Assembly (NCBI GenBank): GCA_002483345.1
Contig: DLHS01000014.1
Coordinates: forward strand, 10,180 to 74,179
Direction of reading: 5' to 3'
DNA from: Bacteroidetes bacterium UBA7662
GTDB lineage: Bacteria; Bacteroidota; Bacteroidia; UBA7662
DNA length: 64,000 nucleotides
Shown: one piece after another, positions 59,601 to 64,000 of the stretch
Layout of the letters: the number at the start of each line of letters is the position of its first letter
Numbering within the stretch: the first letter of the stretch is position 1
Translations under genes and position numbers: made by a program
The notes under the pieces: generated by a model
What the model was told of the DNA's origin: nothing
Seen by the model: only the letters and a program-made list of their open reading frames with translations
Databases searched by the model: none

Positions 59601-60449
59601 AACCCTACAAATCCGGGACAGCCCAATAAGTACAAATACAACATCCTTAAAGTCATAGAGAAACGCAATCAGGAAGAAGAAGCCATTGCAGAACTAATTG
59701 CCGACTTTGAGAGTAAAATAACTGCTCTATTTGAGTTCATCAAACAAGACGAAACTGGTTTGCGCCTTATTGCCAAAATCAATGATGAAGGCTTGGCATT
59801 CTCACAGGATGAAATTTATTCAGACTTCTCTAAGCTCTACAGGAAATACACAATCAGAAATAAAGAGTTGGGAGATTTCTTCCTGAGAGAAACAAAAGAC
59901 AACCTGAATCAATTGTGTGATGATTTTGAACGAACGCTAAGAGAAAGTCAAAATCAAAAACCGATTACAGAGCAAGCAGAAGGCCACCTTTTTATTGATA
60001 CCGAAAGCATAAAACAGGCTGAATCAATTTTTGATGCGTATGCTGCATTTGCAGAGGCATTAGGTTTCACCATTACGGAAGAAGGCACATTTGAAAAGGG
60101 TTCTTGGATAAAGAAAGGTATTAAGATGGTACAGGACTTCTTCAAAAAAGAAGAGGTGAAAGAAATCTACCAAAAAGGCAAACGCAGCTTAGAATTAGCC
60201 CACATCGAAAAAGTACAGGCAGAAATAGACGGGCTTAAAGTTGGTGCAGCGGCTCAACTCTTAGCCAGCGTAAAAGACACCACCAATATTGCTCTCAAAT
60301 TAGGTTCAATCGTTCTGATAAAAGCAATTACCAATGGTCAGGAGCAAACATTGATATTTGATCTTACAGACGAGCAAAGACAGAATCTTGAAAAGAACGG
60401 ATTCCTACTGAATCAACCGCAAGAATTATTAAAATATTTAAAGGGATAA
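56679..60449 (+). CDS. hsdR: Type I restriction endonuclease subunit R (oversized, 1256 aa)
   Basis: N-terminal PD-(D/E)xK motif (RPDLSFFLNGIFLGYSELK). SF2 motifs AAGFGKS, FLIDEIHRSN, GFTATP, QTGFDEPKL and QTISRVNR are present. Confidence 0.9.
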   Translation: MKELDLQDKYLINFLCERPDGLRYKEAKANTVSPQFFIVEDLKHFISETELNKSNYKKLLKKFPSEKDLLNAFTLFLDEKIKSSMNMAIFINTNKSVTFEGVKLHLFYPSGSEFEEDKLFDQNIFSVVQELPYSFKYEGKQYFSFRPDLSFFLNGIFLGYSELKSNWNNQTSIKNGRNKVVKDYLNASQEYLTIADKNDFSQSIRKDFLKIFEKAIHITSTDIAETYVIRSISNHFDEIKATVLNGSYDFDQYEKKVLKDFKPYPLRNKEASKTERFEEVFKALYDKKMIEKEILYYNFIERELIKKEGSKTKEYKHNDGRLISPRPKQKFGTDKILSKINEFLEHEDEPEYFLKKLEAELRAKGIGEGQIKELVAKRQKYQNNKTVYSLLMQYAAGFGKSNIIGWTALQLKDLRKEGEYVYDKVMLVVDRLQLRDQLDSKLHNMNIQKGMFIEATDKKSFITALSSDKRIVVVNLQKFTSVDNILDATVVKKLSKMRIAFLIDEIHRSNSGVQHEEMISVFDELQSSFDQSKEYQEQQSKKNLIVGFTATPSDHTLARFGEFNKYAESEKIWIPFDSYTMREAIEDGYILNPIRGIVPVSAKMYFEIPDNDLEGFEGDKGYGFEEIPDDTDTGIDEYGKKYAIRKRKIYLNTQRIDAISKFIVERLVSSVYHNIRGTAKAMLAVSSIPAAIKYKGFIDKYYAEIVKEKKYERFEEAPIYIVYSDSQDHRSASGLNGGLSEEKVLQNFAIKKNGLIIVVDKLQTGFDEPKLHTLFLDKEIRGINAIQTISRVNRTTKYKNDCKIIDFSYKNVNVKNIKVAFEHFSNVVVSDFDPLGDEGKLADLYKELNTHSIFKTHFPKFKAYHTSTPDISIIVGIEDALDEYIRNKKEEAKKIKEKVLGYFKILNLIEFVIDLDPKYSQKLLLDFWRKYNMLYNQINKQDEVIDDVEIYFDNRIGIVAPKEPKENGSKPKNPNPTNPGQPNKYKYNILKVIEKRNQEEEAIAELIADFESKITALFEFIKQDETGLRLIAKINDEGLAFSQDEIYSDFSKLYRKYTIRNKELGDFFLRETKDNLNQLCDDFERTLRESQNQKPITEQAEGHLFIDTESIKQAESIFDAYAAFAEALGFTITEEGTFEKGSWIKKGIKMVQDFFKKEEVKEIYQKGKRSLELAHIEKVQAEIDGLKVGAAAQLLASVKDTTNIALKLGSIVLIKAITNGQEQTLIFDLTDEQRQNLEKNGFLLNQPQELLKYLKG

Positions 60450-60450
60450 A

Positions 60451-60789
60451 ATGGCAACTACAATTCAAAATATCGAAATCCTAAGAGCTTACCTGACGGG
60501 TGTGCTGGACAGAGCAAATCACCATGCTCAGAATGTAAATGAAATTGCTCTTGCAATAGCAGGCGGTATCATTTGGCGGACAACCGATAATATACGGGTT
60601 ATGTCTCGTGAAGGAGAAATGAAAAATGTATTATGGCTTCAAGTCGGAAATAGAACCTTGTGTTTTGCTTACAACCACAATACAGGAAATATAGAAGTAC
60701 GGGAAGGGTCAGTTCAAGGATCAGTAATCACCAGCTTCAACAATTCCACTCCCCTCGCTGATGTAAAATCATTTTTTGAAAATCTGTAA
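60451..60789 (+). CDS. hypothetical protein (112 aa) between hsdR and the pAgo module
   Basis: The ATG lies 1 nt after the hsdR stop, and the ORF ends 5 nt before the next gene. No recognisable motif. Confidence 0.45.
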   Translation: MATTIQNIEILRAYLTGVLDRANHHAQNVNEIALAIAGGIIWRTTDNIRVMSREGEMKNVLWLQVGNRTLCFAYNHNTGNIEVREGSVQGSVITSFNNSTPLADVKSFFENL

Positions 60790-60794
60790 TTAAT

Positions 60795-61712
60795 ATGAAT
60801 ATCTACGCTTTAAATTCAGGAACACTAAGTCCAATCAAAGAATCTCCTTTCAAATTGGAAAGAGAGATCCAATCCATATTTGAACAAAACCTTAGTGCCG
60901 TGATGGACTTGGATTTGGTAAAATCCGAGTTCTCAATAAAGAATAAGCGTATTGATACTTTGGCATTTGACCCCCAATCCAAAGCCTTCATTATCATTGA
61001 ATACAAGAAGGATAAAAACATTAGTGTAGTTGACCAGGGCTTTACTTATCTGAGTTTGATGCTTGAAAACAAAGCTGATTTTATCATTGAATACAATGAA
61101 TCATTAAAAAAGCAACTCACAAGGGATGAAGTTGATTGGTCTCAAACAAGAGTAGTTTTTGTATCCACCAGCTTTACTGAAAATCAAAAGTTGGCAACCA
61201 ATTTCAAGGATATTGCTATTGAACTCTGGGAAGTTAAAAGATTTGAAAACCAAACAGTTTCTATAACGCCAATCAAGAAATCTAAATCAGCGGAGAGTAT
61301 AAAGCCCATTACCCAGCAAAACAAAGAACTGAAAGCAGTACAGGATGAGATAAAGGTTTATACAGAAGAAGACCACCTTGTCAAACCAACAGAAGAAATC
61401 AAAGAGCTTTATGAGTTGTTGAGGAATCGAATTTTAACTCTTGCAGATGACATTGAGGTTGTTCCTCAAAAAATGTACATAGCCTTTAGAAAAGATAAAA
61501 AGAATTTCACGTACCTACACCTCCAGAAGAAAAATATAAAGATTTGGATAAATGCCAAGTGGGGTGAAATAAATGAATCAAAAGGAATTGCCTCAAATGT
61601 GTCAAACAAGGGTCATTACGGATATGGTGACTATGAAATTGACATGAATGAAGATACCCAATTAGAATATATTTTAAGTCTGATGAAAGAAACCTTGAAG
61701 AAAGATGCCTAA
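60795..61712 (+). CDS. PD-(D/E)xK (NucS/DUF91-like) nuclease-fold protein with a DUF5655-like C-terminal half; putative pAgo partner
   Basis: E...RIDTLAFD...FIIIEYKK...QGFTYL gives the D-x14-E-x-K pattern (nt 60954-61007). There is an 8-nt overlap with the pAgo start. Confidence 0.6.
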   Translation: MNIYALNSGTLSPIKESPFKLEREIQSIFEQNLSAVMDLDLVKSEFSIKNKRIDTLAFDPQSKAFIIIEYKKDKNISVVDQGFTYLSLMLENKADFIIEYNESLKKQLTRDEVDWSQTRVVFVSTSFTENQKLATNFKDIAIELWEVKRFENQTVSITPIKKSKSAESIKPITQQNKELKAVQDEIKVYTEEDHLVKPTEEIKELYELLRNRILTLADDIEVVPQKMYIAFRKDKKNFTYLHLQKKNIKIWINAKWGEINESKGIASNVSNKGHYGYGDYEIDMNEDTQLEYILSLMKETLKKDA

Positions 61713-63804
61713 ACACTGTTTCAACATACTTACATTCAATCACCCGAGCGATTCGCTCACCTTCTATTTTTCTGACAGGGAGGAAGAAGGAACTACACGA
61801 ATTTATCATTCATTGGTTCCTGATGAGGTCATTGATAAGTATGCAGAACAGGAGCATTACTACACTTCATTTTGCCAAGAATTAGAAGGTTTCATTCCGA
61901 TTACTAAGCCAACAACGCCAACCTATGAGAAAATCACTACTGAAGAAGGAATTGAAAAATCCGTTCAGGTTTCCAATTCCGCCTTGTCTTCTTCCATTCT
62001 CAAAAGGTACTATAATTCACTAATTCATAACCATTTCAAGTCAAAGGGCTGTTTGGTCAAACCCAATTTTGTAAGCGATACAGAAGTTTGGTTACCAAGT
62101 GATACACAAGACAAAGAAGGGATATACAAAACCTTTGACCGTTTCTCTTTGAAAGTGCAGTTCAGGACAGTTTCAAACAGCCTTGAATTATTGGTCACAT
62201 TTGAAGGCAAGTCAAAGATTTTTAAAACTCCTGTATCAGAACTATTTGAAGAAGTACCAGTAAGGGCATTCAATTGGGTTGTCTATGAAAAAGGACTACA
62301 CCGCTTTGATGAATTGCCGGATGAAGGAAAAAGAAATTACGATAAGGTTTATCCTGTTTGGAATTTTGAAATCAGGGATGCTTTGCATCAGGAAACAGAA
62401 GCCCCGGACAAGACGAACAAATACAAGAAATTCAAAACGGCCATTGATAAATTTTACAGAGAGCAGCTTAATACAGCCGAGTTCAAGGCCATCATTCCGC
62501 TTTCATCTAAAGGGTTTATACCAGTTGATGAAGTCCGCATTGGTTCAATTGAAAAGTCCAGCAACAAACTTGTATTTGGAAATCAAAAGCTACACCATGT
62601 TCCGTACTATGGCATTACTGAAAATGGTCCTTTCGAGTTAAGCCCATCATCAAAGATTCATTTCTTTTTTATTCTCCATGAAGATGATAGAGAAGTAGCT
62701 ACCAAGATTCACAACTACTTTAACGGCAAACTCAACGGCTTTAGGGGGCTATCAAAGTTCATTCATACACCGTATCATCCAGATAAAGAACTCGCAATCT
62801 ATTTCAAGGACAGGGATAACCCTTGGCCGGAACTGTATGAGCAAATCAATGACAAGGACTTTGATACCGACATTCAGCACATAGCTATTTACATTACCCC
62901 AATCAGCAAGAATGTTCCAGTCAAATCTCAGAGGTTGGTTTACTACAAGCTGAAAGAGCTACTATTGAAAAAAGGAGTTTCCTCTCAGGTGATAGATCCT
63001 GACAAAGTCATTAGCAACGACAAGTATCACTTTAGCTTGCCAAACATCGCAATAGCCATTCTCGCAAAGCTCAATGGCACTCCGTGGAGGTTGGACACAA
63101 AGCTGAAAAATGAATTGATTGTTGGAGTTGGAGCATTCAAGCACACAGAAGTTGACATCCAATATATCGGCAGTGCTTTCAGTTTCTCCAATACAGGGAA
63201 ATTCAACCGCTTTGAATGTTTTCAGAAAGACCAAACAAAAGAGTTGGCAGGTTCAATCCTAAGAGCAGTTAAAGACTATGTGAATGTAAATACAGGAATC
63301 CGAAGGCTTGTAATTCACTTCTACAAAGACATGAGTAGAGAAGAAGTAGAACCGATTGAAAACGGCCTAAAAGAATTAGAATTGAATATTCCGGTCTTTA
63401 TCGTCACCATCAACAAAACGGAATCCTCCGATATTGTTGCCTTTGATTTGGACTGGAAAGATTTGATGCCTGTCAGTGGAACATTCATCAAATTGGGTTA
63501 CAACAGATTTTTACTATTCAACAATACCAGGTATTCAGCATCAGAGTTCAATTTCAATGACGGGTTTTCATTTCCGGTAAAGCTCAAGATAAATTGCTCC
63601 AACCCTGAATTGGTTGATGATTACAAAACAGTCAAAGAGCTTATCGATCAAGTGTATCAATTCAGTCGCATGTACTGGAAATCAGTAAGACAACAAAATT
63701 TGCCCGTAACAATCAAGTACCCTGAAATGGTGGCAGAAATGCTCCCCTACTTTGAAGGCAACGAGATTCCTGATTACGGTAAAGACAATCTTTGGTTTTT
63801 ATGA
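61705..63804 (+). CDS. prokaryotic Argonaute (MID-PIWI with a reduced N-terminal region), predicted catalytically inactive
   Basis: MID pocket YYKLK...SSQVI...AKLNG (Y-K-Q-K spacing). PIWI motifs NIAIAILAKLNGTPWRL, LIVGVGAF (Gly where the first catalytic Asp sits), RLVIHFYKD and LPVTIKYPEMVA. Confidence 0.85.
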   Translation: MPKHCFNILTFNHPSDSLTFYFSDREEEGTTRIYHSLVPDEVIDKYAEQEHYYTSFCQELEGFIPITKPTTPTYEKITTEEGIEKSVQVSNSALSSSILKRYYNSLIHNHFKSKGCLVKPNFVSDTEVWLPSDTQDKEGIYKTFDRFSLKVQFRTVSNSLELLVTFEGKSKIFKTPVSELFEEVPVRAFNWVVYEKGLHRFDELPDEGKRNYDKVYPVWNFEIRDALHQETEAPDKTNKYKKFKTAIDKFYREQLNTAEFKAIIPLSSKGFIPVDEVRIGSIEKSSNKLVFGNQKLHHVPYYGITENGPFELSPSSKIHFFFILHEDDREVATKIHNYFNGKLNGFRGLSKFIHTPYHPDKELAIYFKDRDNPWPELYEQINDKDFDTDIQHIAIYITPISKNVPVKSQRLVYYKLKELLLKKGVSSQVIDPDKVISNDKYHFSLPNIAIAILAKLNGTPWRLDTKLKNELIVGVGAFKHTEVDIQYIGSAFSFSNTGKFNRFECFQKDQTKELAGSILRAVKDYVNVNTGIRRLVIHFYKDMSREEVEPIENGLKELELNIPVFIVTINKTESSDIVAFDLDWKDLMPVSGTFIKLGYNRFLLFNNTRYSASEFNFNDGFSFPVKLKINCSNPELVDDYKTVKELIDQVYQFSRMYWKSVRQQNLPVTIKYPEMVAEMLPYFEGNEIPDYGKDNLWFL

Positions 63805-64000
63805 TCACTTCGACAACCATATATATCAAAAACATGGTCTGTCCTCGCTGTATAATGTCAGTGAAGTCCATTTTACAAGACCTTTCCATTCAATTCAATA
63901 ATATCGCTTTAGGTCAAGTGGAAATGGCGGAAGAAATGACAAAGTATCAACGTGCATTATTAGAGGAACGTCTTCTTGCAGTAGGTTTTGAATTGCTCGA
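63801..64000 (+). CDS. AraC-family-regulator-like N-terminal domain (partial; continues beyond the window)
   Basis: The ATG overlaps the pAgo stop (ATGA). MITSTTIYIKNMVCPRCIMSVKSILQDL resembles the small beta-alpha N-domain of Bacteroidota AraC-type regulators; recalled, not searched. Confidence 0.4.
   Translation, partial: MITSTTIYIKNMVCPRCIMSVKSILQDLSIQFNNIALGQVEMAEEMTKYQRALLEERLLAVGFELL

Larger units (their letters stand above)
45275..64000. mobile_element. integrase-borne genomic island (left end at the mnmE stop; right end beyond the window) carrying a defence cargo
   Basis: Composition becomes visibly more AT-rich immediately after mnmE. The island carries a tyrosine integrase, excisionase-type HTH proteins, primase-like/DUF3987 replication-mobilisation genes, then R-M and Argonaute genes. 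Confidence 0.7.

Noticed and set aside
61705-63804. Short-pAgo system of SPARTA/SPARSA type
   Set aside because: The pAgo has about 310 aa N-terminal to the MID domain, which is too long for a short pAgo. Neither neighbour shows TIR or SIR2 motifs; the partner instead has a PD-(D/E)xK signature.

Overview
This looks like a Bacteroidota chromosomal segment. The evidence is T9SS C-terminal sorting tails, TAnnTTTG -7 promoter boxes, a PorT-like gene and a fused E1 alpha/beta dehydrogenase. Positions 1-45274 are GC-richer core genome. They hold a GlgE-pathway alpha-glucan cluster (glgE 3' end, maltokinase, glgB, secreted GH13, GH57) and hutU. An Lrp/AsnC regulator, a tRNA-like gene with an oversized variable region, tatC, rpiB, an M28 peptidase, lutB and the fused 2-oxoacid dehydrogenase E1 follow. 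Next come a 1879-aa T9SS cargo protein, L31 type B, engB, ubiE, dcd and a second glycogen pair (GT4 plus GH57). The core ends with two sensor kinases, dnaG, a trans-sulfuration enzyme, a Kazal-domain lipoprotein and mnmE. Directly after the mnmE stop (45274) the sequence becomes visibly AT-richer (not computed) and an integrase-borne island starts; it runs past the window end. The island carries a Zn-ribbon/HTH protein, a tyrosine integrase, two HTH_17 proteins, a primase-like protein and a DUF3987 protein. Its cargo is a same-strand, tightly coupled defence array. That array is an XRE regulator, hsdM, hsdS, DUF3800, a 168-aa unknown, an oversized hsdR, a 112-aa unknown, a PD-(D/E)xK nuclease-like protein and a 699-aa Argonaute (MID-PIWI) whose first catalytic Asp is replaced. 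A partial AraC-like gene overlaps the pAgo stop. The nuclease-pAgo module and its fusion to a non-canonical Type I R-M operon are the strongest candidates for a novel system. All calls come from reading motifs by eye; no searches or folding computations were run.
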